From: Tubiluchus corallicola
Taxonomy: Eukaryota; Animalia; Priapulida
Assembly: GCA_030141605.1 (NCBI GenBank)
Contig: JAQGDQ010000038.1
Coordinates: 248,001 to 312,000 of the forward strand
Length of the DNA stretch: 64,000 nucleotides
Reading direction: 5' to 3'
Shown piece after piece: positions 38,267 through 50,667 of the stretch; positions within the stretch are counted from its first letter, which is position 1; each line of letters begins with the position of its first letter. A model generated the notes under the pieces. That model ran no database searches and had not been told where the DNA came from. It saw nothing but the letters and a program-made list of their open reading frames with translations. The position numbers were made by a program, and so were the translations under genes.

Positions 38267-39169
38267 AAGATCAGCGTTAAAGAAGAAGAGACTTTGCACC
38301 CTATAAAGGTGCCCGCCTCGGATAGGTGGAGAGAGTCGAGTATCGCAATCGCAATCAGATATTCTGTGGAAAATCTTTAGTCAGTATAATTCAATGAAAG
38401 TGACTTATTGCTTTGATTTCTGAGATAGCATTCTGCATGACATATCTTCACCTACACAATATGTGGCAGTAATAATAATCATACAATATCTCGATGGAGT
38501 AGTTTTTGACAAGTAATAGCTTTGGTTTCCATTAGCAGTGACTTTTTTATAAAACATCACAACAACAAACAAAAGCCCTGTAAAATAAGCAAAAACTCGC
38601 CCGTAAAATGTGCATTATTGAGTGAGACTTATCAAATTTTTATAATTGAGTTTGATAAGTCTCACATTTTTATAATTGAGTCCAAGTTTAATTAAGCAGT
38701 CAGGGCAGCATCTATGTTGTCTTTGTAGATCACCTAACTATAGTGATGCTGACTATACTCATATCGGAGCGGAAGTTATTAAATATGTATAAAATCATTA
38801 TTCTCATGTTTTAGTGGTCCGAGATTTAACTTTCCCTAAAGTAGACTGGCTAGATTCGACTTCACTTTAAGGTGAAGCCCGCAAGGCAAGCAGACTTCGC
38901 TTCCTTGATTAGTCAATGTTTTTCAGTGTCTACCATTTTCTACCTGAAGGATATAAATTTTAGATAGCTACTTTATTATTCTATTAGGTATCTTTTTAGG
39001 TATTTATTAGAGTAATGTATGTAAGCATGTAAGCCTGACATATGGAAGGAAAACTACTAAATGATCTGTGATCTGGAGATTGCAACTATCACAACGTTGC
39101 ACATAGTGACTTCACAACATTAGATGTGATGAAAAAGTTTTGAAATTTGCTTGTGATAACAACGATATC

Positions 39170-42100
39170 ATGGCTTCTGATCAAGACATTACTGAAACTG
39201 GATCACTGTATTCACGTACTGTAAGTAGTTTTTAAGATAAGTAAAGCTATACGTTATTTCATTTCACTTTGGCATATTGCTTGATTTATAAGAAAGTGTA
39301 TATTGATTCATCATTCGCTGTTTTATAACTGACATCATTTAATGAATGCATCTTATTATTTTTTATAACTGTCATTGACACTTGTATTTATTTAAAAAAT
39401 ATTGGTTGCTAAATTTTTGTTTCTTTATATTTTTATAGATTGGTACCATTTACGTGTTCAACTTGATTGTTGGTACAGGTGCATTAACCATGCCTAAAGC
39501 ATTTAGTGATACAGGCTACTTGCTCGGTACAGTGTTGGTCGCTGTCCTGTGTATCATGAGGTAAGTGCTTTTTGTCTGCATTTATTTGTAAAAGTTTAGA
39601 ATCAATGTAGAAACTACAATTAAACAAACTGTTGTAATGGTGAGGTATATGACAAGTTTTGCTACTTGAGTGCTTTCGAAGTACTACAACGGATGGTTTT
39701 TGGTGTATTATAGACTCAGTTAAAATCAACCTTAGGAAACTCTGTAATAATTGAACTAATTTGAAAAATTGATAGTACCATCAGAATTGTTCATTTTTTA
39801 AACGTTCAGTGAGTGCACTTGTAAGCATTTAGCTGTTTAGTTGTCATGTTAACCCTATACCTCACACTGACTTCAAACTTTATTATTCTGGACATTGAAA
39901 AATTTTCTTGCTTTCGTTTGAGTTTAAACAAACCCAAAAACTTAAAATCTAAAACTAAAAACAACTTAGAGCAATTAAAAGTGGAACAGAAGTACAAAAC
40001 CCTATTTCTTTCTTCCTATAGAATAATAGTAATAATGAAAAATCTATATAAATAAACTTTTTGCAAATCTAGTCTTGTTAATAACTTGCCATGTGCTCAG
40101 TATTAAATTTAATTCTTTGTTCAGCTGTTTAAGTTTGACTATTTTGTTTTGTGTGGTATAGACTTTGAAAATCATGTAAATTACAAAAACAGTAATTTCT
40201 TTTTAGCTATATTACTGTTACATTCGTCATTGAAAGCATGGCATCAGCAAATGCAATGTTGCGCTGGAAAAGAATGCAGAAAATAAAGAAGGTGTGCCTT
40301 TTTGCCATTTTAAGCTGTTAAGCTCATTAAAAGTCATCAAAAGTTCATGAAAACTGATAATAACCTCTTGGCATTGTACTAAAAATACAATTTCCACTTT
40401 CTTTTCGTATCAAAAATGTTTTGGAAAAATGACTCCTGATAATTATGCTGTAAGCTAACAGTAGAATGTATGCAGGTTCTTTTTTTTTTGCTTTTTTAGA
40501 CATTTCTGAACAGCAAATGAATGAAGTAGTTCCTGTTTGTCACAGTTTTGTAGCATCACTTGACTGAGAAACAGTAATTTAGTTTAAGTTTTTGTAGAAA
40601 CATTTTAGTTATCATATTTTGTGGTATAACAGCAAAAATGTTTTAACAAAAAACATATTACTGGCATTTGTATCTGTCGCCAGTCTTTTCTTTTTTGTTT
40701 TTTTAGTCATTTCGCATTTTTCAAGTCTTTTTAGGAATAGAAAGCATCACATTTTTATATATTTGCTCGAATGCTGGAATGATGCTATACAACATTTAGA
40801 GAATTCCTGTATATTCTAGTGACATGTTTTATAAATTAAGGAAATCTATTTTTGTAGTCTGGAGATGTAACTGATGAAGATGTGGCCAAAGAACTGGAAG
40901 TAAGTGCTTCAACTTCGGAACGCACACCTTTATTGGAAAAGGGTGGAGAATGTAAGCTGCTCTTCACAATAAAGAAAGCGGGTTGACATTTATTAGCTTA
41001 ACTTTTTTAAACATATTTCTATTATAAAGTAACTTGCCCTAAAAGTAATATCACTTTTCATGTGTTAAAACTTTAAAAAGAATAAATGCATTACATTTTC
41101 ACATAAATGGTGGAGGACACCTTTGCTTTGATTTTCAGTGTGAGCAAAGCACATAAGTGAGGTAACGAAATGAATAGTTAGCACCATTTAACCAATATTG
41201 AAATGCACTAATCCTGCATCTGTTATTTACTGTGTTTGCGCATTTCTTACTGGATTTAAACATTCACAGTTTAATTGCCAAGTGCGCCAATTGCAGTAAG
41301 GATAATTGACAGGTACGACAATTCCAGTAAGGAATAGGATGTTAGACATACTACTGTAACGTGTAATCCATCAATTGCGTTGATGTAATACTTTTATGTA
41401 AAAAAGCTCTATAATTCATAGCATGTACTTAAGTAAGGCTTTCACACTTACACATCAATTTGTTTAAACTTTTTACCTAATAAATGTGTAAAGTCGCCTC
41501 TGATAAATGTGTAAAACTGATAAAAATCGAGGTCCATAAAATTCCATATTGCTGCACAAAGAAAGACAAAGTATACTTTTTTCCAAGACAATAAATTGGC
41601 ATTCGGTATTCATCTAAATAAGTAACATTATGGTAGCCCTCTATATTAAACAGATTTATACTGCGATCTTAATATTCTATATCACGGACTCATGTGGCAC
41701 ATAGTTGAATTATGCCATAAGTTGAATTAGATCTACAGCTGCTGGAAGCTGAAATTGATAATGCCCACTCAGAGTAGTACCATGAAGGCTCGTGGCCTTC
41801 ATCATTGAATGACAGTGAAAGTTCTTACTGACTTGCTGTATTAATTCGTGTATGCTGTATGATTTACAGACAGCAAGTCTGTAAATAAAATTGTTTGTTT
41901 GTATCTACAAGTGATAAAGAGCCTTATTATTGTTTCTGTTAGCATAGTTTGTTAATTGTTCTGACATGGGCAGTTTTTGTTGCACAAGCTTGAAAGTACT
42001 CATTGACATCAGGAACTAATTAAATTTCAGTCACTTAGTTAGATTTTTATGCAACCATGTTATATAGTAAGTTTTGTTGGTTAAATTTTATTCAAATTTT

Positions 42101-45100
42101 GTTTAACTTTGTACTTTAGTTCTCGAATCTCTTAATTATGGTGACTTAAATACTTTCTATGTAGCATGAGGCAGATTACAAACGACAATTTAATTGAACT
42201 TTAGAATCTATATATGAAACAGAGTTTTGCGTAATTTTTGCTTCAGGTATTTCTGCTGCTAAGCTGCCACAACTGGATTATTATGAAATTTCTAAGCGCA
42301 TTGAAATGGTACGTTTCTAAATTTAAGCATTTTTAAAAGAAATAGGTTTAAATAATGATTGCATAACTTAAATTCAATTTAAGTTGGAGCTCATTGTGCA
42401 TGTTTTGCTTGTGTAATTATGCGAGGTGTAATGCATCCATACTGGAGATGATATTATTAAATTAAATTTACAATAACGCACTATATGGACGGTACATATT
42501 GCCAGTTGTTTTGGTAGAAACCATTCTATGTTTGCATTTTTCACAAATTGTGCAATACATGTTCTGTTTTCATGGAGTCTCTGCTTGGTACATTTATTTG
42601 TATGTTTAACTGTTATAATGTTTGAGTACCAGATTAAATATAACAACAGGTGTTGTTGGTCGATGACTTATGTTTATTTAATAACACACAATATTAATGG
42701 ATTTATATCAGTTCTTTAAAAAAAGTTAATGTTTTGATTTTGCTATAGCTAATACAATAGCAGTCATCTTCAGCTATATTGACAAATTTGAAAACTTAAT
42801 CATTTAAGTTTATCTCAGTTGCATTAGCATTGAGTTATTCCTGAAACTAAGAAGGCTATCGTATTTTGTATTACAGGGACAGATGACTTCGCTGTTTTTT
42901 AATAAATGTAAGTTGTTATATTCTTCAATAGTCAATAGTACTTTTTGTAGTATGTAGCATTATATGCTTTTTGTATGCATATAGTGCTGCAGGCAATTTT
43001 ACAGCTTTTTTGAGCTCAAACTTTTTGCATTTTTTTGTACAGCCCTTTTATACAGTTTATCTAGCTGGTCCAGCAGTGCGTACCGGCTCTTTCCTCTCTA
43101 ATGAATAGTGTAGTTCTCGCTATTACCATGCCTGCTTTCTATTTATTTTCACTTTTTCAAGTTTCAATGTTTTTGCAATTTATTGCTGGTTTCCATTTTA
43201 AGTTGCTTTTCTGTTTTTAGGGGGAGTGAATTTCTTTTACATTTTTGTAGCCATATATTTGTATGGAGATTTGGCTATATATGCAGCAGCTGTGCCAAAA
43301 AGTCTCCGTGATGTTGCCTGGTGAGTAGCAAACTGTTGTTTTGATTTTGCTAAAAATTAAATGGAATCTATAGCAATTGTTAGCATATTTGAAAAAGCTA
43401 AAAAGCTAGAATGTAAAATAAATTGCTGTGTAGCCATTTAGAATGTGACTTGTACTGCACAAGAGAAGTTTTCAGTTGCTTGTCACAATGTGTGTTTTTA
43501 CATATTTTTCTTGATTTTTTGGCTAGATGTCAAAGTACTAAGTACAGAAAAGGGCTCTAGGCGGACTGTGGAGCATTTACAAAAGAAAAATGTGGTCATA
43601 TGTGCTGAAAGCAGCTCATAGGCCAGTGCCTTCTTGAAAAAATGTGATGTGTTCTGATTAAGCATTGGGTTTGCTTGTAAATTGATGTGTTGCCACTATT
43701 TCATGAGCCTTCTTTTGTGGAGAAATTTTTAATACATGAATCAGTTTATGCCTACATTTGTTTTTTTAGTATGGCACCTAATGATAGTAATGCTTCAGGT
43801 TCTTCGTCTTCGGACAATGAAAGCGCACCCTGCTGGCCGGGGAGTAAATTTAGTATAACACGCTTCAACGCATATAGATTATTTTTGGTAAGCATCCTTC
43901 TATACTACTTAAATTGTTTCTTGCAGAATGATTTTTACTTTGCATTCAATGCAGTTAACCTAGCTAAGCATGCAAGAAGTCAATTAACACCTGCATGTAG
44001 CAAACATAAACTGAGAAAAGAACAGCCATTGGCAGCTTCAAAGTAGAATTCTGTCACTTAATAAAGAGTTCTAAGCTTTATTAAATTAGAACTCTTCTTT
44101 TGACAAACAAATATTAGTGTAGGTTGTATATAAGGCAAAGTACTATATGAAACTAATTGTTAATAAAGTGGAGTATTTTCTTTGCATGCTTGTGGTTTAC
44201 GTGATTGTATACTTGAAATTGTCATTATTATACATGTTGTTCACTGTATGTTGTACTGCATTTTCATAATGATTTAAGCAGCCTAAAAATTCTATTCTTA
44301 CACTTGCACTAATTATTTTTTACAGGCAGCGTTTACTCTACTTATCTGTCCATTTGTGTTTTTCAATGTTCAGAAAACCAAATATCTTCAGTTATTTACA
44401 AGCTGTATGCGATGGTTAGGTAAGATTACTTATTTCAACATTAATATTAGTTTTAAACATGAAAAACAATGTGATATGAAATTAACTTCAATATAACAAA
44501 GCTTTGCTAAGAATACGTCATTATTGTGTGTAACTGAATGTAACTGTTTCATGAAGTTTGGCACATTGCAAGTCAATAATCGGCTGCTAAAGTTGAATGG
44601 TAGTGGTGGAACTAGAACCTATTATCATTATCAATGATAACCTTTTAAAGCGATGCATCGAAATGCAAAATGGGCCATGTTCAGATGTGTGTACAACATT
44701 TTTCAATGAGCTAAATAGAAATGATCCAAGTATGGTTTAAATTATCGAAAGGTGTATGACAGGTGAGAAACTGTTGCCTGGATGCTTTCCCTTTCATCAC
44801 CCATCCATATTCTAATCAGGCTTTCAGTGCGATTAGCTTTCATAGCCAAGTACATGTCTTCATCATTTGTCTGCTTCCTTTTCCCCAATTCCCTTGCCTG
44901 CATTTTTCCGTATAATACAATTTCCTTGAAAAGCTACAAAAAATTCTTCTACTCGCCCTTAAACTTCTATTATTTGTAGTTTATTGTGATGCTGCAGGCC
45001 CCGGTAGACCGCTTTTACATATCAGATACCTGTGATAGTGATGTTTTCAGTTGCATCATGTCACAGTTTCCTGATATGGTGTGGCTTTTTCAATTGTATG

Positions 45101-46313
45101 CAAGTATTTGCATTTTCAGAAGACAGTTGTTTAGCTTGCGCAGTGACAGTATTTAATTTTACTAATTAAGCACACTAGTGGGGAAACTGAGCTAGCTTTA
45201 CATATTTATTTCCTATGTTTCTCTTTGTATTACTTTTTGTAGTGCAATTGTTTGTGTATATTTCGATATTATTCTGCACAGTCTATACAGTAATACTATG
45301 ATATTCATCAAATCTATTGTATATTTATGAATCAAAGAAAAAGACATTTTAAGAAGCAAGCTGGTTATAGAAGACATACAGAATGTATTCTTATAAAACG
45401 TATTATAGATGATAGTATATTTTCTAGTCTTATAACTGTATTTGTTAAGTAAGTGTACTGATATGTGCAAGCTAACTTCATTCAAAAAAGTTTTTTCCAA
45501 ATTGATTTTTCCAAAGTGAAGTTATATGTGAAGAAATATTTATCAATTTCAGCTTTTAGCATTATGATCATCATTGCTGCAATACGATTAGCCCAAGGAA
45601 AGGGTAGAGGAAATCCAGACACAGTTAATTTACCTGGATTGCCAACCTTATTTGGAGTTTGTGTTTACTCTTTTATGTGTCATCATTCTCTGCCATCGCT
45701 TGTTACACCTATCAAGGAGAAGTCACGATTATATTTGCTATTTTTTGGAAATTATATCTTGATATTATTCTTTTACTTACTGCTGTCGATAACGGCAGTT
45801 TTTACTTTTAGTAAGTTAGAGGATTTGTATACATTAAACTTTCAACCGTCAGGGAGTCCGGATGCTATTATTAACATAAAGTTTATACAATACTTTCTAG
45901 CCTTATTTCCAGTATTTACACTTAGTACAAATTTTCCTATTATTGCTATCACATTACGAAATAATCTGAAAACCCTTTGCTACAGAGAAGGTCGTCGATA
46001 TCACTGGTGTTTAGACAGAATATTATTTCCATTAATAACTCTAATACCGCCAATTGGGGTTTCCTTTATCACACACAATTTGGAATTTCTAGTGGGCATT
46101 ACTGGATCGTATGCTGGAGCAGTAATACAGTATATAGTGCCAGCTTTACTTGTTTACTATGCAAGACAAAATGTAACCTTAACTATTGGGTCTGGCATTA
46201 AAAATAAATTCATCTCTCCTTTTAAACATCCTATTTGGATTGTACTTATACTAATGTGGGCAGCAACTTCTGTCCTATTTGTAACAGTTAATCACATTAT
46301 TCAAAAAAAGTGA
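39170..46313 (+). CDS. TMEM104: Transmembrane protein 104 (amino-acid-transporter-like), about 505 aa
   Basis: Exons 39170-39220, 39439-39560, 40207-40291, 40858-40951, 42247-42308, 42877-42907, 43221-43320, 43770-43887, 44326-44419 and 45553-46313 total 1518 nt in frame. Motifs ITETGSLYS, FNLIVGTGALTMPKAF, YLYGDLAIYAAAVPKSL, FFNVQKTKYLQ, FGVCVYSFMCHHSLPSL, FPVFTLSTNFPIIAITLRNNL and LVGITGSYAG. Confidence 0.94.
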
Positions 46314-49300
46314 ATGTGCTACAAGAATTTGTGTGAATACAACAGTGTTAACTAGATTCTAAGGCTATTTTCATCATCACGATATTGTACGAGAATGTTG
46401 TTAAAACAGAGATGATTGATCTTGGAATATCTGTTTATTTTAATATAGCGTTATCAGTTTCTTTTTAGTGGCCGTATAGCTGTTACATATAAATATTTTT
46501 AGACGCTTGCAGGTTATTGCAGGTTGACAATAAAGGGCAAAATAAATCATGTTTTTTATATTGTAGGTGAAACATTTGAAAATATTTTTGGAACATTTTT
46601 GTGCATGTTTTTTATTTCATATTATTTCCGGTCATTGAATAATGACTGCATTTTCATATCAGAGGTATTGGCCAGTGGGGCTCTTAAAACTGGGTGAACA
46701 TTGCCTCTAGCTCTGGGATGGAAATGATAACCAGGTGTCCTACTTTTAGGAGAATTGTAATACAAGCTCTCCCAGACCCCTACAAATTTCTTTGCAAGTA
46801 TGTTTCACGAAGTCATGAGGATATTTTACATTTTTCAGCACTCTGGTGGCCAGTATAGGCAGAAAGCCCAAGGCTTCCATACTATTATAATTATTTCATG
46901 CTTTATTATTTAACAGCATTACTTATGTATTCATAAATTGTACTGCAGCACACATTAATAGGCCATCTACACTATGCAGATATAGTAATTTATTATAGAC
47001 ATACAGTAATATTATTGCCAACTATTGACTTGTTATTAATACAGTAGATTAAATGATTGTTACAGTGCTACGTATATTTTCTTTATAAATTGGTAGGTGT
47101 AATGAGGTGTTTGTTTCTTAGATTTGTTTTTCTGTCCACTTGTTGTAATTTACATGAGTGTGATGTTACAAGTTGGTGATTCTGTGTAATGCATGGCATT
47201 AAGGTATTTTATACTTTTGGAAATTGGATAGGCATCGTACTAAAGTTTTGTGTCAATTATGTGAAATAAATATTTTTGTAATTAAATGCTACTAAGTTGA
47301 TAAGACATTCAAGTGCAGCACTATTGTGCTATATTATTTTGCTTTTGTAAAGAAGTTGGTTGGCTAGCATAAATAGAGTATTAATGGAATCACTGAAAAA
47401 CGATGGAGATTACTAAGCTCATTCAAACAAATAATCAGAGAGATTATGATAATTAATTAATCTCTGACATATGACAATCACGATAATTAATGCATTTTAA
47501 AAATGGCACAATCAATTATCATTAAAAATGGCACAAATAATCATTTCTAACACTATTTCGCTTAAAATATTTTAGGTGGGAGTAACACTCGTTTTGGCAT
47601 ATTTATTCCTTGTGCAAGTGTGTATAAATGGTATAAATATTTTTTAGTTTTGTATGAATTATTGTACATATGTATTAAGCGTAATCATTATTATGTGCAA
47701 TACGTATGCTGTATCTGTGATGGTAAATTACATTTTTCGTTCATAATAAAATGGTATCAAGTTGCACTCACTGTTATGCATTTGCATGTTTGACTGTGTG
47801 GTTACTGAATCAATTGGTCCGCTGCACACCTACTGAAAATCTGCTTTCTGTCCTTTAATTAATCAGACATCTGAACTGTGTGACATAAAAAAAATTTTTA
47901 AATTTATTGGCACTTTTGAAGTGAGATGTAATACTAGGGAATGGCAGTAATGCTTATGATCTTTTATAATAATTATTTTCTTGGAATGCCTGTCTTTAAC
48001 CCTCTGTCATATGGCACTGGCATGTTGACAACAGTAATCGGATTATAAAAGGCCAATCTACACTTGGGTTGCTTTTGCTTGATGTATTTTTTCTTTAATT
48101 GAACGAACTACGCTATCATATTTTACAAACGGATTTATTTTGAAAATATTATCAATAAAATTTTTGTAGTAGAGAAAGCTTCTGTTAATCTTGCCTATTA
48201 TTACTGGGTTTGAATTTTTTATCCTTCGTTTCTATGCATATTGCTGGCTTGAGGCTACCTAGTAAAAGTTGCCCCAACGTACACCATGCTACTATGCTAC
48301 AAGTCTGACAAATAGAAAAACTGCTCGTACAATGCTCCAGCTTTTAATAAACTTAGTTATTGGTTCACATATATAATTGCCATAGGTTGCATTCTATTCT
48401 GGTTATATCTGATGTATTATTACTGAGAGAAAATTCTCCATTGTGACAAACAGTTCTTTTGTGAAAAGTGTAAACATTAAATTATTTTTTGGTAGACTTT
48501 GGAGATGATAATTGCAGCAGGAACGATTCCATTATACAAAAATATACCCACTCTCCAGACCGAGTCCACTTTTATTTTGCAGAACTTGTTTTAAAGATGA
48601 ATGAGACGAGCAGTCACGAGCGAAAGACTAATTACCGAAGATCAAAGAAATCATTGAAACTTATGTAGCTAAAAAGATTTTCGCTATTGCGGTTTAACCA
48701 TTATGAAAAATTTATCAGCAAATTGCAAATAAAGGTATATTAATCAAAAATTAATCAAACTGCAAAATCTATAAAAGTAACGTTTATTGGAGAGTAAAAT
48801 TAGCAGGTAAGCGGATTTCTTGAAGAAAATCGACAAGTGTGCCATTTGAAATAATTAATGACGCATTGAGCATCATCAGAGTATGAAACTCTTGACTTAT
48901 CGAATTTGAACTGATCTCCAATAGCAGTAATTATGGAGGACGAGAACACTACGGACGTCCGCGATTGCTCATATTCGTGCGATGTACTGCATCATAGTGT
49001 TTGGCTGTACACATCCCGCCATTCCGTCACGTACCTCCCCACCTTTCCTAGTCGTGCACGATGCTATGTTGCGAAGCGCCACGTGCTGTGGTTTATGCTT
49101 AAATACTGCGGAATAAGCACTACGAACGTTCGGTTATTTAATAATTTAATGATTCAGGGAAGGTGTGGTACAACTGTACTACCTCGAACTGAATTGAATA
49201 ATTTATTTTTCTCCAAAAGTTCAACAATTACTGTCTGAACTTGTGAAAAAGAGAATGGGCGGCAAAGGGACCAAACGGTCAGAAGGTCAGCTGCCCCTGT

Positions 49301-50526
49301 CACAGTATAATATCTTGGTGCAACGAAGCTTTAGGGTGATTAAAACGGTGGTGTCTAACTCGTTTCAACCCTATTCACACTCCGATGAAGTCGCAAAATC
49401 TCATTCGCACTATTCCAATGCAGGGCACAAATTGAATGCTGGTCATCCCGGAAATTCCAGTAAATATGTCTTAGGACCAGCAGAAGTCGTCTGCACAGCA
49501 GCCAGCGTGCACATATATATATATTACTTAGAAGTGTATTATTTATCACGTACTTTCAGTTAGTCTGGTTGTCTAAGAAGCATCTGAATGCTAAATCACA
49601 AAACGTTTTTCATTCGCTTGTTAATATGAGGATGCTGCCTTGTTAATAACATTCTCACTGGTGTATGCCAGATTTGAATCGCACCTCTTACTTGTGCACC
49701 AAATGAACTATTAATTTACACTATACAAAAGCAGATAGACGAAATACAAATTTATACATTTGACTAAAATTTATGACATTAGTACTTTTTTTACTCAAAT
49801 TTTTTTACACAAATTTTCACAAGGAGATTGATTTTTGCTTGTCAAAACTTTTATAATGTTTATGTTATAATGTTTACTTCTTATGATAACATTTGCAAAT
49901 GGATATCAGCAAACAGAAAAACACTCATAATTGATTGCAAAGTGGATTTCTTGGATGAAGCTGTTTCTTGCGAGGAAGAGGAAGACACAACTTCTTCATT
50001 AGTTTCCGATGACGTATCCATCGTATTCACTTCTTCTTCTCCAGGTTGCCGCTTTCAAGCTTTTTAAACCCGAAGAACAAAAGGGCGGGCATCTGGACTG
50101 GAGATATGCGTAACATGTTTCCATAATTATAGAATACTAGTCACTTCGCCTATGACAAACACGAGATGATTCTAAGTCTAGGAAGAACAAAACTCGCATG
50201 CTAGTAGTACATCATCATTGTAGCGAACCTATAAATATATGCGGCTAATATTAATTACAGTGAAGTCAGTAAGATACAAAAAAGTCAGTCAATTTCATTT
50301 GCACAAAATTTCTGTTTGTATGAAAAGTTTTATAGCAAAGTAACTGCAATAGGATTCATCACTTGATGAAACATCTCATAAGTTTGCTGTCAGTGTACAT
50401 GTGTAGGTAAAACAGCTGGGTGCTAAGCTGCTAAATGACTATTTGTTTTTATACAGCTAGTAGTCAAAATGATTTTTCAACACGTGATTTATTAGCATTT
50501 TCATATGCTGTATAGTAATTTCTATA

Positions 50527-50667
50527 CCGAACAATTTTTGCAGCTCCAGGAATAAAAGCATATATATATATATTTTTTGCAGCTCCAGGAATAAAAGCAT
50601 ATATATATATGCTTTTATTCCTGGAGCTGCAACAATTGTTCGGATATATATATATATATATATATAT
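50527..50667. repeat. Perfect 56-bp palindrome with a duplicated arm and (AT)n tracts
   Basis: 50577-50632 (ttgcagctccaggaataaaagcatatat|atatatgcttttattcctggagctgcaa) is its own reverse complement. A direct copy of the left arm starts at 50538. Confidence 0.92.

Larger units (their letters stand above)
33845..38356 (+). mobile_element. 5'-truncated non-LTR retrotransposon (APE-type LINE; clade uncertain, possibly RTEX/Proto2-like)
   Basis: An A-rich 4.5-kb block with ORF1, an APE endonuclease, RT, a C-terminal zinc knuckle, a short structured 3' UTR and an (ATCGCA)n tail at 38342-38356. Confidence 0.93.

Noticed and set aside
40900-40905. Internal consensus donor GAA|gtaagt in TMEM104 exon 4
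   Set aside because: It is phase 0, whereas the next exon (42247) needs phase 1. The donor at 40952 keeps the frame.
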